Shown: in pieces, positions 21,798 through 35,480 of the stretch
Layout of the letters: every line of letters starts with the position of its first letter
How positions within the stretch are numbered: the stretch's first letter is position 1
Assembly: GCA_001179505.1 (NCBI GenBank)
Contig: CDMY01000603.1
Span: 1 to 64,000 of the forward strand
Source of the DNA: Vitrella brassicaformis CCMP3155
Taxonomy: Eukaryota > Protista > Chromerida
Direction: 5' to 3'
DNA length: 64,000 nucleotides
The notes under the pieces: model-generated
Databases searched by the model: none
The model's input: the letters and a program-made list of their open reading frames with translations, nothing else
Told to the model about the DNA's origin: nothing
Made by a program: the position numbers and the translations under genes

Positions 21798-24700
21798 CTA
21801 AGCATTCTCCTCGTCACCCTCCTCAATGGTCTGGAACCGCACTCCGCCCACCACACTGCCGCCCAACCCCCACCCTCCCCCGTCTGCAGCACCACCACCA
21901 GCTGCTGCCGCTGCTGGACCACTACTCGATGCGCCGTTGCTGTGCGTGGGGTCTGTGGGTGAGGCGGATGCTGCGGCGGCGGCAGAACTGCTGCCAGTGC
22001 TGATGCGATACATTCATTACACAGACGCACACCACCATAGGTGAACGGGGGGGTGAATGTCTGAGTGTGTGTGTCTGAGTGTGTGTGTGTGTTGATCTCC
22101 CTCACCTGCTGCTGGTGGGTGTGTGGCTGGGGTGGTCTGGCTGAGGCATCCAAGCTAATGCCGGTGTCGACCTTCGCACCGGGTTGGTCACAAATCGCTG
22201 GCTCAGACTGGGCACTGATGTGGAATGGCAGACAACAACACAGACACAGACACAGATGTGGTGTGTCCGGTGTGCATGGGTGTCTCGTCTCATCGTAGGT
22301 ACCTCCGAGGGCGTATATGGTTGCGGACAGGCAGACTCCCGAGTTGGCCTCCTGCATCGCAGTCGTCACGCAGTCGGTCGTCAGGAGACGGCCCCAGCCC
22401 TTGCCGCTCCCACTGATCCAATGATTGGCAGACAGACAGACAGACGTGTGTGTGTGCCTCATTCCTTTCTTTGTTTCCCTCTGTTTTCGCACGCACTTCT
22501 TGATGTCCGATCCTTGCATGTCGCACGTCTGCACACACAGCAAAGGCAGGCAGCCAATGACTGACTGAATGGATGGTCGGTTGTTCCCACTTGTGCCCCC
22601 CCCTCCCTCCCCCCCTCCCTCCTCAGTGACTGACTGACGCACCTTGAGTACGCGTACGTTGCCTGGGGCGTCATTGGCCATGACGCTGAGCTCCAGCACG
22701 AAACACGAGTGCACCGACGGGGCGACGAGCTTGCCCATGTTCTCCGAAAACCTCAGGTAAACGCCAAGATGCGATTCGTCAACGGCTCTCTCCTGCACAC
22801 ACACACACACACACACCGTCTGCGTGTGTCGGTGATGTGGTGTCGTGTGGTGGCTCGGCTGACCAGTGAGAGCTGCAGGCCGAATTCCCCCCAGTAGAAG
22901 AGCTCTGAGCGCAACTCGCCTGCACCACACCAGACACATACACGCGACACTCAGACGTCTGTCTGTCTGTCTGTCCATGTGTGTGTGTCCTTCCCCTCCC
23001 CCCTGGCTGACCTAGGTACGGTGGCAGGTCCGTGAACCAGCAGTGCACTGTGGCCGGCCCCTGCAGGTCTCTGGGCAGCATGATGCGGCCGCGACCACTC
23101 GACACGCCGTCCACATGCAAGGCTATCATGCCATACTCGTCAAACCAATCTGCATACACACACACACACACACACAAACGGGCACCAAGCAAGAACCGAT
23201 CATCGACCGACCATCTGTGCACATGTGTTCCCCTTTCTTGCCGGCCACTCCACTTACAAGGGTAGTTCTGACGCACCATCTCAATGGACACACCACCTCC
23301 ACTAGGCACCATGCCCACACCTGCATCGCCTCGACCGTCCTCCCCACCACCATCGCCCTCGGCCCCCTCGTCCCCACCCTCCCCCTCGCCGTCATCAGCT
23401 ATCTCGCCCTCCTCGATCTCATCTCCCTCCTCCTCCTGCCCCCCACTGACGTCGCTCTTCTCACTGTCAGTGTCGGGGCAGGCGGCAGCCTTGATGAGGC
23501 CGATGGTGTCGGCCAGCTGGCGGTAGTGCGTCCGGTCGGATTGCGATCTGAAGTCGAAGGTGAATGACGGCCAGTAGGGCTCGGGGGCGAGGGTGAAGCG
23601 CCAGTCAAGCTCATCGGCATCAGCGGTGGCATCCTCAACATCGGCATCTGGCCGCTCCTGCTCACTCTCTTGGTGGGCCTGCTCGTGATCTTGCGTGTCG
23701 GCTGACAGAGATCCACGACATACAGAGATGGGAGGGAAGGCACACATGAATCAGAGGTGGAGGGGCATTGTGTGTGCTGTGTTGGTTCTGTTCTGTGTCG
23801 GTGTGGCTGGCTGCTCGCTCACCTTGTCGGTTCTCGCCGTCGCCGTCAGCACCTCCATCGTCCGCCTGCTGCTGCCCCTGCGGCGCCCCAGCTGGCCCAC
23901 CCGGCAAGTCGTCACGTGTGCCCAAGTCATTGGAGTCATCCCCCTCCCCGCCATCACCCTCACCCTCCTCCCACTGGCCACCCTCAGCGATGAGTGCACG
24001 GGCCATCTTCCTCTCGTCGACCGCCCGTTGGTCCTCCTTGCCCATCATGCGTCTCTCACGACGGGCCTTCTTGCGGGCCATCCTGTCGATGCGCCACTGG
24101 TGGCGGTTGGGGTCCCACGATGTTTGGATGTACTCGGACCTTGCTGAGATGGACGGGGGGAGGCGCCAGCCGCCCACGTAGATCGGGCCGTCAGGATCGT
24201 CATCGCTGCTCTGCTCGTACTCGTGCGTGTCGTAGAACTCACGCTTGGCAATGGCCTCGGCCGACTCGACGATTGGCTTCTTGCGGGGGGGCGGGGGCAG
24301 GCCTGGTGGTGCAGGGGCTGGGGCTTTGGCAGACGGCTCACTGGGGCTGTGCAGAGGGGGCACACGGGGCGGCGACTCAGCGGGCGGCTGCCACTGCTGC
24401 ACCTGGGAGACCTGGTCGAACCCCAACTCGGCTGCATACGGCAGTGCATAGGCCGATCCATAGGCTGCGGCGTAGGCTGCAGACGACGCGGCACAGGGCG
24501 ACGCATATGAGGCATAGGAACCGGCCGAATAAGACGTAGCGTACGCCGATGAGTAAGACTGTGCGAAGGGGTCGGGCGGGAGGCTGCCCGTGAGGCCGGG
24601 GATGGGCAGCGGACCGGTCGAGTTGGTCTGGGCCTCGGTTGTGGCCATCTCCTTTGGCGGCTCCCGGGGCTGCTGCTGGTCTTCGACGACGGTCTGCATC

Positions 24701-27022
24701 TCCCTCTCACGCATGCGATCCTTCCGCGCCCTCTCCCACTCCTCGTGCCGTGCCAGCCGGGCCTTGAGGTCGTCTATCTGCTGCGTGAGCTCACACTTGA
24801 GCCTGTCGTTGTCGTGTTGCAGGCGCTGCTTCTCTTGCTGGAACATCTGCTGCTCCTCCTCTCGCTCAGCCAACTCGGCCAGCATGATCCTCTTCTGAGA
24901 CTCCAGCTGAGCGATCAGGCCCTCCTTCTCCTGCTGCCGCTCCACCAAGACTGCACGCCTCTCCTGCTCGCGGGCTTCCTCGCTCTCGCGCCGCTCTTGT
25001 TCCCGTGCCTCCTCGGCGGCACGCCTCTCCTGCTCGCGGGCCTCCTCCGTGGCCTTCTTCTGGCGCTCCGCGTCCTCCCTCATCTGCTGGCGCTCCTGCT
25101 CCATCTGCTGCTTGAGGGCTCGGAGCTCGGCCTGCTTCTGCTGCTCTGCCTCCTCGCGCGCCTCGATGGCCTGGCTGAGAGAGAGGTTGGCGTCCTTGAG
25201 GGCCTGCTCGCGGGTCTCCACCTCCTCGTCGGCCTCACGCACCGCCTCCCGCACCCGCCGGTCGATCTCCTCCTCATCCATCACTCGCCGCCTGGCGGCC
25301 TGCGGACTGCCCACTCCCATCAGCTGGGCGCCCTCTCGGCCGGCCAACGCATGCACCGGCCCACGTGCACCCCTGACCCGCCCAGCGGCCGTGCTGCGCG
25401 ACAGGCTGCTGGTGAAGCCTCTCCCTCGCGCCCCGATACGCTGCTGCAAATGGCTCATCTGCTGCTCGACCAGGTGCATGTCTGTCGACGGGTGTCTGTC
25501 GGGTGCGGGCACGGTGGACCGGTGGGATTGGCGCAGTGCGGTTGCGCCAGGCACGCTGGTGCGCGGGGGCGTGGGTGGCGGGGTGGGGCGGGAGAATGAT
25601 CTCGTGGCTGGGCTGAAGGGAGTGGGCGGCTCGAGGGAGTCGGTCGAGCCACGCTGCGGGGCGGGGCGCTGCACGTTGCTGGCATGCTTCTTGTTTCCAG
25701 GCCGTGTGGACATGCCCGGGGAGAGCTCACGCTGCCGCACGCGAGTCGACCCGATCGTCGATGACCGCTGTTGCTCCAAAACGGGATTGATGAATGGCGC
25801 CTCACGACGGAGAGCCGAGAAGGGCTGCTGGGCTCTGCTGCCGCCTGCTGCTGCTGCCACTGCGGAAGCGGCCTGTTGGTCGTCGGTGAGAGGCGACGGC
25901 GGTTTGGGGGGCCCGGGTGATGCTGCTGGTGTCTTGGCTGAGATATTGGTGCCTGACGAGTTGGAGTGGGAGCGGATCTCCTTCTTGAGCTTCTTGACCT
26001 CCTCCACGAGCAGCTCTATGGCGATGGCCATCGGCAGAGCGTTCATGGCCGTCAGCGATATGGTGTTGAACTTCTGGCGGTAGGCGATGTGACGGGCCAG
26101 CATCTCGGTGGTGCTGCGATCTTCGCTCGCCACGCACAGCTGCCCGATGGCACGGACGGCGTGTGGGTCGGGCTCCATCTGCCGGTGGATCATCTCCCGC
26201 AAAACCCGACTCGCAAGCGCCATGTCAGCTGAGGGGTCCTTCAGCGTCGCCAACACTCGCGCCTGATGGATGGATGGATGGTACACAGATGAGGGAAAGG
26301 AACACACGACAAGCCCATCCACCCTTCCATCCATTGCGTCGTGTCGCCTCGCTTCTGTTGTGTACGTACCATCTGGTTCAAGGCCGTATCGCTCAACTCC
26401 TCCAGAGTCACGTCAGCGATCTCCCCCCTCCCCGCCCCTCCCCCCGACCCCCCTCCACGGGCGTCCTTCCAAACCGCTGCGATCGCTGCCTTCACCGGCT
26501 GAGCGAGAGGGTTCTCACCGCCCTCGGTGCACCTGAAGCGCTCGTAGTCGAGTTGGAGGCACCTCAGTGCAAAGGTCATCTCAACGGTGACCTCGGGACG
26601 TAAAGATGCCGTCCGAGGGTCGCGCACGTAGTTGACGAGCTCGTGGAAGACGGCAGCCTGCAGGGGAGGCTCGCCCGTCTTGAGGACGGCTGTGGCGAGA
26701 GAGTATTTCCGGTCCCGTTTGGCCCGCTGAATCATTGTGAGAGCCAGGGCCTTAACGTCGTGCCCGTTGCCGCTCGGTGGGGGTGCTGCGGTCCCTGACT
26801 GACCTGCAGGCACACAGACACAGACAGCAAGCCCAGAGGAACGTCTATCTGTGCAGAAGGCTGCTGCACGCCCTTTTTTCTCTCCCTCATGCAAAGGCAA
26901 CTGCCTCCTTGTCACTGCCGACCGACTCTCTTGTCCCTCTGCGTTCGCGCACCTTCGGTGTGGGTGTGTGCTCCTGAACTCGCATTGCTGTTGCTGCTGT
27001 TCGCGTGTCCACTCAATGCCAT
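21798..27022 (-). CDS. Large hypothetical protein: helical N-terminus, Pro/Ser-rich linker, Glu/Arg/Gln coiled coil, acidic tract, possible MATH-like C-terminal domain
   Basis: The 890-aa ORF 23662-26334 covers a ~2.4-kb exon. Upstream exons were traced to ATG 27022 (MALSGHAN...TEG/QSGTAAPP). Downstream exons include HLGVYLRF, CFVLELSV and GKGWGRLL...LSATIY. Stop near 21798. Domain labels are weak. Confidence 0.65.
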
Positions 27023-27179
27023 GGCTGCAGGTGGTAGCTGTCCCTTTCGTTGCATTGGAGAGGCGAAAACTCAGCGGTGGCGCGATGGGGGCTTGTGTTT
27101 TAGGTTGGTTAAGAAAAACCAACTACAGCCTCATCAGAAGGTTGGTTTTAGGGCAGCTGTCGCGTGGGACTTTGCTCCC

Positions 27180-29665
27180 ATGATTCCGAGAGGAGAGGCT
27201 GTGAGGCCGCCCCAGTGACCTGGGGATGAATGCAAAAACCAGCCAGCCGCCCTCTCGACCTTCTCGTCCAATCTGTCATCCTCAGCCAGCCTGTGGAAAG
27301 AACAAGACCACGACGTTGAAGAGAACGCAGCTGGACCAGGAGACCACATCACGGCCACAGCACATGGTGACTGCGAGAGACGAGCATCGGTCGCATCAGC
27401 CACGAGCACAGCCCCGACAGAAAAACAGACGGGCATCCCAATCCACCCCAGCAGCAAGGGAGACGCCGTAGGAGATGTCAACACAAGAGAGCCCTCCAGC
27501 GGTGAGCCGCGTCGTGAGGAGCGCGCGATAGCGGAATTAGTTACTGAATTCAGGTAAGTCATCAGACCAGGAAATATATCTCATACACGGATACAAATGA
27601 CTGTCTCTCCTGTCTCCTGGCCTGTTCAGGGAGGCGGCAGGCTATGAGACAGGTGTCTATGAAGCCGCTCACGAAGAGTGGCCCACGACGCTCGAGTACA
27701 AGACGATTAACCACCCCGACGGCAGCACGGCAGAAGTGCTTGTCGGTGCCACGTTTCAGCCGGAGCCGCTTTGGATGACTAAGAGACGCGTTTTCATATT
27801 CACAATGCAGCAGCTAGCGAGAAATTCAGCCATCGCCATCGTACTCGTCGGCTGTACTAAGATGTATGCATACTGCTGTACGTCGAGCATCGTTGGGCCG
27901 GTGTCTGATGTATTTCGCCGCATTATATTGGTCCTCGCCTTACCTTTCTTCGCCGTGCACATCACGGACGGGACCGACTGGCAAAAAATGATATCGCGGC
28001 TGAAGAAGGAGTGGGTAACTTTTGTTCCAACAATGGCGCTCAGTCTCTTTACCTCGATTGATCATCAGCTTCATTCTGACAGCCAAGAAAGGAAAAAAAT
28101 CATTACCCCGATCGTGTGGAGCTCAGCTTTTGCAGCCGTCTGTGTATACTTCCGTCGCGCTGCGGGGTCGCTGGGTATCAGGGCCAAGAGAGAGTATGTT
28201 CTAAAGGCCACAGCGCCTTTCGTGCTGGCGTACACAATGGGCCTAGTTTGCGTTTATGCCTTATCTCCAAAGTACGCTGCTGCAGCATCTACTGATAGGG
28301 ATCGATTTTTTATGGCTGTCATATACCTGACCGTCTTCCTGCCCCCTATCGGACTCGTCAACAAACTTGTGCGGTCACTCAAAGTACGAATTGACGCACC
28401 GAGACACAGCCACAGAATGACAGCGGACTTTTTTCTCGTGATCCAATGTGTATTCAAGAGGGGCCCCCAACATGCAACTCGCTGCTTATTGCGATGCCAG
28501 CCATGGTGTGTGACGGTGCGGGTGCGATGGCCTGAGACCCCATGATAAGTCCTTGCATGGATCCATGCACCGTGTGTCAGACGTACATTCTCTTTCCGAG
28601 AATGCTCCAGTCCGAGGCCGTCAACCTGAGCAGCAAATTGGTCTACAGCGTCGTCATGTCGCTCTTCGACCTGATAATGGATATCTCGTCCCCCTATGGT
28701 GCATGCGTCAGCCATGAAAAGATGAGTGAGTTGTTCTCCAATCATTTTTGTTCCCTTTTGAGTGCATTTCAGCGATCCTGCTGTATCTGCGGGCCAAGAA
28801 GCTTGTCAAGGCTCGCTGCAAGAAAAGAACACCCACAGCTCATCCCCTGACTAGCATCGCGCTGGCCGCAACCAAGGAGGAGGCTGTCAGTGGACCACCC
28901 ACGCACAAGGACAACGATGCTACGGAGAGGCAGCACGACAAGAGAAATGACAGCCATTTGCTGAGACGTCAAAGCTCCATTATGAGCGCAGCGCTCTCTC
29001 TCAGAGGCACAAAGCCGGGTCTCAGTCCGACTGGAGGGCTGCAGTCGGCCTTGGCGTCACTTGAAGTGTCTCCAAGGTACCTGAGGCCGTGACACATCAT
29101 GATACACAGAGATACTATATTTATGCTCTTTTCTCCAAAGGTGCCTACGTTCGCTGTGCGACCAAATCCACATCTGGTCCAATTGCGAGTTGGTGGCGCT
29201 TCTCTTTACCAACCTGACTGTGCTCACGGCCCAAGCTTACGCAGGCGCACCATGGCAGCAGGTTGTGGAGGGAGGCATCGGTTTGGTGTTACTGGTGGCT
29301 ATCGAGCAGCTATTCGAGCTGTGCGTGCTGTGTGTCATGATGAGATGGAACAACCTGCCCATGCTGACATCCACTCGTGAGAAAGGCGTTCTTCGCTCCA
29401 GGATCCTGATAGTGCTCATGGCCGCCACTTCCTTCCTGGTCAGGTGCACCTGTCGACTTCTTTCTCACTGCACTGCATGTGCCTCTTGTCTGTCTGTCTG
29501 TGTCTATATCCGTGTGTGCAGCATTTTCTCATGGCTGCCATTTCTCCACTTGTCTGTCCAGGGCGCAGTCAGCCGCACAGTTGCAAAGCCCCGACTTATC
29601 GGGCAATCGGAGTCGTCCGACCCGGCTGCTCTCTGCCCATATCTTTCTCCTTCCCTCTAGAATGA
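27180..29665 (+). CDS. Multi-pass membrane protein of unknown function; exon 1 carries an in-frame TGA at codon 13
   Basis: Several hydrophobic segments (AIAIVLVGC, IILVLALPFFAV, FVLAYTMGLVCVYAL, FFMAVIYLTVFLPPIGLV, TYILFPRMLQ, GIGLVLLVAIEQLFELCVLCV, RILIVLMAATSFLV). Donor at about 27553 and subsequent exons are phase-consistent where traced. The start is uncertain. Confidence 0.65.
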
Positions 29666-31387
29666 ACGAATCGTGGGCCGGCTGCCATGCAGCGCCATGC
29701 TGGGCAGAGTCTTCGCAGATGTCTCGGGCAGGAAAGAGAGAAGCGTCTGGCTCATTTGACGTGTGTATCAAGGTGGCCCCTCACAATGGGATTGGAGGGA
29801 ATTCGTATTGGAGGCGGGGCGAAGTAGGCCGTGGGTGGGGATCAATGGATGGGCACATAGGAGAGAAGAGCCTGGAATGGGTCATCTGTACATGTTTGTA
29901 TTGGCCGTGCTGAGTGAGACATGCTGCTTTTCTTGAAGCCACTGCTGATTTGAAGTCGAAATGGCTGTGATCGGCTCGCGCACCGTAGGTAGACACGCAC
30001 GGGCCATGCACTGGTCACGTTTGGATAAAGAGACACGCATCCATCCGTCTCTGGAAGAACCACCACACGCACGTCATCGGGCGCACATTACGGAAAACAC
30101 GCAGCACTAGCAGCGAGAACTCTGTGTGTCAGAATGAACGGTATGTTTTCGTCCCCAGAAGGTAATGAATGAATTGGATGGATGAGACGAGAGAGAGACA
30201 GACATATCCCATACTGGTTCCCCTCCCCTCTTGTCTCGTCTCGTCTCTTGGCGTCTCGTTCCTAAGTCATCAAGTCATCCCTTGACGGCACACAACGACA
30301 GAAGGCATACACACACAGACACACACGAAGCCACGGCCAGGGGCCTCACGCCAGGCCAACGACCGACCGATGCGTCCATCCATCCATCCATGTATGTGTG
30401 CAAGCGTGTATCCATTGAGATAGAGCCAGAGAGAGGGGCGGAGCGGGGGGAGCATCGGCCGGCCAATGGGTAAATATCTACACAGACCCGCAGACCCGCA
30501 GACAGACCGCGGCAATTGACTGTCGGTATGTATATACATGACATACGCGCACAGCGGCAAAAACGTCGTGGCATGAGTGTCTTGTGTGTCGTATGCTGAC
30601 GGACTCGTCGCATGGTCAACAACGTGGCATCTCATGGTCGATCGGTCAGGGCCAGCACTCATCAGTCAATCATCCACCACCCTCTCGCGCACACACGCAT
30701 TATCGCAGGCAGGGTATATACATGAGAATCCTCACACGCACGTGAACGAGACACACACAGATCGAAAGCACGCAGCCACAGCACATAGCGACCGAGCGGC
30801 CGACTGTCAAGTCATACGTCAAAATGAATCATTCCGGGAAGCTCGAGGGTGTGCAAATAAAAGCAGACATGGGGCAGAGAGATGCATGGCATACACAAGA
30901 TGCCCACCACGCTTGTAGATAGATAGATAGATAGATATGTACACAATTAAGTGTGGGTGCACACGGCCAAGATATGTGTGGCTTGACTCCATGCAGAGAG
31001 AGTCTGAATGGAGTGAGTGGGCTGCTCTCTCTGTACATGTGTGCTGTGCTGTGCTGTGCTGCTCAAAAGCCGCCCGACATACGTATCCGGGACACAACAG
31101 CGTGCATTGGTACCGGAGATGGCGCATGTAGACACGACAACTGTTCCACCACACTCATCAGTTCACGAGCAGTGTGCCGTCGGTCCGGCGGCACTGAGGC
31201 GAGAGATCCGTTCGTGTCGACACCACGCAATGAATCCACTCACTCACTCACACCCAGGCAGGCAGGCAGACAGTGTGTGTGTGTGTGTATATGTATAGAT
31301 CATGTACACGTAGGCACCATGCATCTGTACACAACGCGTGCAGTGCAGCCGCGCCAGCACCGCACGTCACGCTGTGGTCCTTCCCTC

Positions 31388-33667
31388 CGCGACTGACTGA
31401 CTGACTGACGCCCCCGTGGCCTGTCCGGCGACAACTAATCAATCAATCCATCCAATCACTCTCGGTTGCATATAATACATAGCCAGTCGATCACGCGTAT
31501 CCCTACTATACCTGTCTCTACGCATACACATATGGGGCCACTCCTTCCGTCAACACCTTCCGTCAACAAACACACGACCAAAGTGTGACGGCCGATTCAA
31601 CGCCATACATACGTGCAAATGCAGAATTTGCACAGCCCACCCACCGTGGTCACTCTCGAAAACAAAAACGAGACAGACGTCAGCCAGCTAGGCATGGCCA
31701 TCACTTGACAGGCAGGCCTCTCTTGCGCCTAGCTTCGCTGCGGAGCTCAGGCCACTCCGAGCGTATCTCCTCTGTCATGCCCCCCTCCCACTCCTTGTGC
31801 AGGTGGCGAGAAACACACCGGGGGAAACGCAGGCCGAGATGGGCCAGAATGGCCTCCGGCAGCGACATGGTGTCATCCATCGACAAACGCGACGTGCAGA
31901 CCCCCTCTAGAGATGCCATCGACACGAGGTCACGCAGACAACGAGGGAAGAGGCAGCCAAAGACGCGATACAGCTCGACACACTGACAGGAGCGACCGCC
32001 GGCTTTGTACACAGCCACGAAGCCACCCGCCAGCAGCCTGCCCTTGGCTGCCTGCAGGTCGCTTCGCAGCCGATCGACACAGAAGCAGTAGGCTGCTAAG
32101 CAGTGGAGAGCAATCGAGTCGAGAAATGGGCACTTGTCGATGGCCTCCAGACACACCGATAAGATGCCTGACACTCCAGGGCTGTTGTTGTGTATCTCTA
32201 CACTGATCTTCTGAACTCGCTTCTCAATGCCTCTCTGACTCGCTCCTTCGCCCCCGCCCCCGGCCCCCCACAGCGACCACACACAGTTGAAGCTCAGACT
32301 GGTGTGCCGGCACTCGGCTTTCACGTGCAGTAGGGGACCTGTCTTGCTGCACGCACCGAGGCACAGAGGGAACAAAANNNNNNNNNNNNNNNNNNNNNNN
32401 NNNNNNNNNNNNNNNNNNNNNNNNNNNNNNNNNNNNNNNNNNNNNNNNNNNNNNNNNNNNNNNNNNNNNNNNNNNNNNNNNNNNNNNNNNNNNNNNNNNN
32501 NNNNNNNNNNNNNNNNNNNNNNNNNNNNNNNNNNNNNNNNNNNNNNNNNNNNNNNNNNNNNNNNNNNNNNNNNNNNNNNNNNNNNNNNNNNNNNNNNNNN
32601 NNNNNNNNNNNNNNNNNNNNNNNNNNNNNNNNNNNNNNNNNNNNNNNNNNNNNNNNNNNNNNNNNNNNNNNNNNNNNCGCGACTGACTGACTGACTGACG
32701 CCCCCGTGGCCTGTCCGGCGACAACTAATCAATCAATCCATCCAATCACTCTCGGTTGCATATAATACATAGCCAGTCGATCACGCGTATCCCTACTATA
32801 CCTGTCTCTACGCATACACATATGGGGCCACTCCTTCCGTCAACACCTTCCGTCAACAAACACACGACCAAAGTGTGACGGCCGATTCAACGCCATACAT
32901 ACGTGCAAATGCAGAATTTGCACAGCCCACCCACCGTGGTCACTCTCGAAAACAAAAACGAGACAGACGTCAGCCAGCTAGGCATGGCCATCACTTGACA
33001 GGCAGGCCTCTCTTGCGCCTAGCTTCGCTGCGGAGCTCAGGCCACTCCGAGCGTATCTCCTCTGTCATGCCCCCCTCCCACTCCTTGTGCAGGTGGCGAG
33101 AAACACACCGGGGGAAACGCAGGCCGAGATGGGCCAGAATGGCCTCCGGCAGCGACATGGTGTCATCCATCGACAAACGCGACGTGCAGACCCCCTCTAG
33201 AGATGCCATCGACACGAGGTCACGCAGACAACGAGGGAAGAGGCAGCCAAAGACGCGATACAGCTCGACACACTGACAGGAGCGACCGCCGGCTTTGTAC
33301 ACAGCCACGAAGCCACCCGCCAGCAGCCTGCCCTTGGCTGCCTGCAGGTCGCTTCGCAGCCGATCGACACAGAAGCAGTAGGCTGCTAAGCAGTGGAGAG
33401 CAATCGAGTCGAGAAATGGGCACTTGTCGATGGCCTCCAGACACACCGATAAGATGCCTGACACTCCAGGGCTGTTGTTGTGTATCTCTACACTGATCTT
33501 CTGAACTCGCTTCTCAATGCCTCTCTGACTCGCTCCTTCGCCCCCGCCCCCGGCCCCCCACAGCGACCACACACAGTTGAAGCTCAGACTGGTGTGCCGG
33601 CACTCGGCTTTCACGTGCAGTAGGGGACCTGTCTTGCTGCACGCACCGAGGCACAGAGGGAACAAAA
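31388..33667. repeat. 990-bp apparently exact direct duplication (31388-32377 = 32678-33667) flanking a 300-N gap; probable assembly artefact
   Basis: Constant offset of 1290 nt; identical ORF translations in both copies; the copies abut the gap on both sides. Confidence 0.9.
32378..32677. other. Assembly gap (300 N)
   Basis: Run of N. Confidence 1.
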
Positions 33668-35480
33668 CCGGCACAGCCGGCAGCCGTGCCATGATATCAA
33701 AACGCACCTCCCGCAGCGATTTGACGTCGGTGGCCCGCCTGACTGCGTCCTCTCTGACTCCCTGTCTTCTCCAGAATGAGTGTGGCCAGACGAGGGAAGA
33801 AGCGATCGGATATGTGCGACAAAAGCGCCGCAGGGGGCGGCTCGGAGCCAGCCCCCAGGTACAGGCGCTCAGCATTCGAAAACACTATCTGAGGCAGCCG
33901 ATACAGCACAACAGTCGGCACCGCCTCCCCCTGACCCAGCCCAGAAGGCAACTCGACACACGTGGCGGCAGAGGCGAACCGTGTGAGCATGCCAGCCCAC
34001 GATGGGTGGTCCCGCAGCAGCTCCAGATAGGGGATCGTGCGGAAGATCGTATCCGGCGTGCACGTGATGTTGATGGTGCCGTTGGGCGCCAGAAAGGTGG
34101 ACCGAAACTCGTCGAGCCTGCCGAAAATCTGACGGATGGCAGACATACACACACAGGCGGACACCAGGTGTGACTCTTTGCCTTGCGCTATCTCATCTCA
34201 TGTACACACCTGCAGCGTCCTGGAATGGATCGGAGAGAGATCATCTAGAATGACGTCGAGCTCCTCCAGCTGCAGCCCCCCCCTCTCGGCGATCTCGGGG
34301 ATCTTCATGTCGATCTTGTCGATGTCGCGGATGTCATACCATGGCCACCTCACGCCCTTGAGCCGCCTGCGTAGCGCACATGCGACACATCCACATCCAC
34401 ATGAGCATCCACATCCACATCCACACACACGTACACGCAGCCGCGCACATATCGTTGCCCCTTCCCTCACTTGATGGATGGCTTCAACACATCGCAGAGG
34501 TTGGTGAGCTCCCACCCCTCTCTCGCGCCCGTCTCGAGCGTCAGGGTGTGCGGCCCTGGGCCTGACAGCCATTCTGTGCACCGCCAGCCGTCGTTGCCGG
34601 AACACATCTTGTAGTCGATCTCGCAGATCTGCACGATCGGGTAGCAGACGGTGCTATCGCGAAGATGCACGTCAACCAGCGCCCTGACATGATGCACGAC
34701 ACGCGCATCAACGACTTCCGAGCGACCAATCCCTCACTCACTCAGTCGCTTACGGGAGCTTCCAGTTGCGTTTGTTGGCGACGGACAGCCACCACTCGGC
34801 GACCCATACGCACCGCAGCTTGGGGAAGGTGCTCTCGTAACGTCCCGGTGGCTCCCATGAGAAGCGGGGCTTCCCTCGCACCTCCAGCGGGCCGTCATCG
34901 TACAGGTTCTCAGTGGTACGCGACCACGCGTGCAGCTCCTCCAGTGTGCCGCACGCATGCTCCAGCAGCTCGACCACACCAGTGGTCGGCGCACACACCA
35001 TCGTCGCGTGCTTGGTCTTGCGGAATGCTGCCCCCACACACCGACCTGCTGCTTGGTCATGTCGATCTCGTCGCCAAAGTCCTTGCCGAGGCGCAGCTCG
35101 GTGTGCATGGCCGGCTTGCGGGAGAGGACGCTGAGGGATGGGGCAGTGAGCGCTAGCTTGGTGATGATGGTCTGTGTGCCGAGGAAGGGGCTGATGTGCC
35201 GCTGAAGCATGACTCGGGCAGTGTGGGCAACGACTGACACACCTGACACACACGCAGGACAGGGCAACCACGGCATGTGATTGATACGTTTCCTTGCCAG
35301 CACCTCAAGTGAGTGAAGGTCTGTGGTGTGGTGTCTGTACCGGCGTCGCATGGGTGTTGGCTTCTCGGCTGCTCATCTCGTTGGTCCCTTCCGTCGTTTG
35401 ATGCGACGAGGTGAAGCTCGAAGGCCTTGTCGCCGGCACCGTCCGCACATCCGGCAGTGACACTGATCGGGAGAGCGGTC
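32991..35480 (-). pseudogene. Lineage-specific hypothetical gene with two frameshifts; 5' end uncertain
   Basis: Coding-like exons with intact splice sites switch frame within exons at about 35031-35035 (KQQVGVW to GAAFRKTKH) and about 33760-33762 (LILEKT to GVREDAVRR). Confidence 0.55.

Noticed and set aside
24745-26083. Long + strand ORFs (284 aa and 344 aa)
   Set aside because: They are antisense shadows of the GC-rich coiled-coil exon on the minus strand.
27216-27218. TGA as selenocysteine in the membrane protein
   Set aside because: It lies in a low-complexity N-terminus and no SECIS-like hairpin was found by eye downstream. It is kept only as a nonsense or readthrough candidate.
31388-33667. 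990-bp direct repeat as a biological tandem duplication or LTR pair
   Set aside because: The copies appear identical and sit exactly either side of a 300-N gap, which is typical of unmerged overlapping contig ends. No LTR termini or retroelement ORFs were seen.
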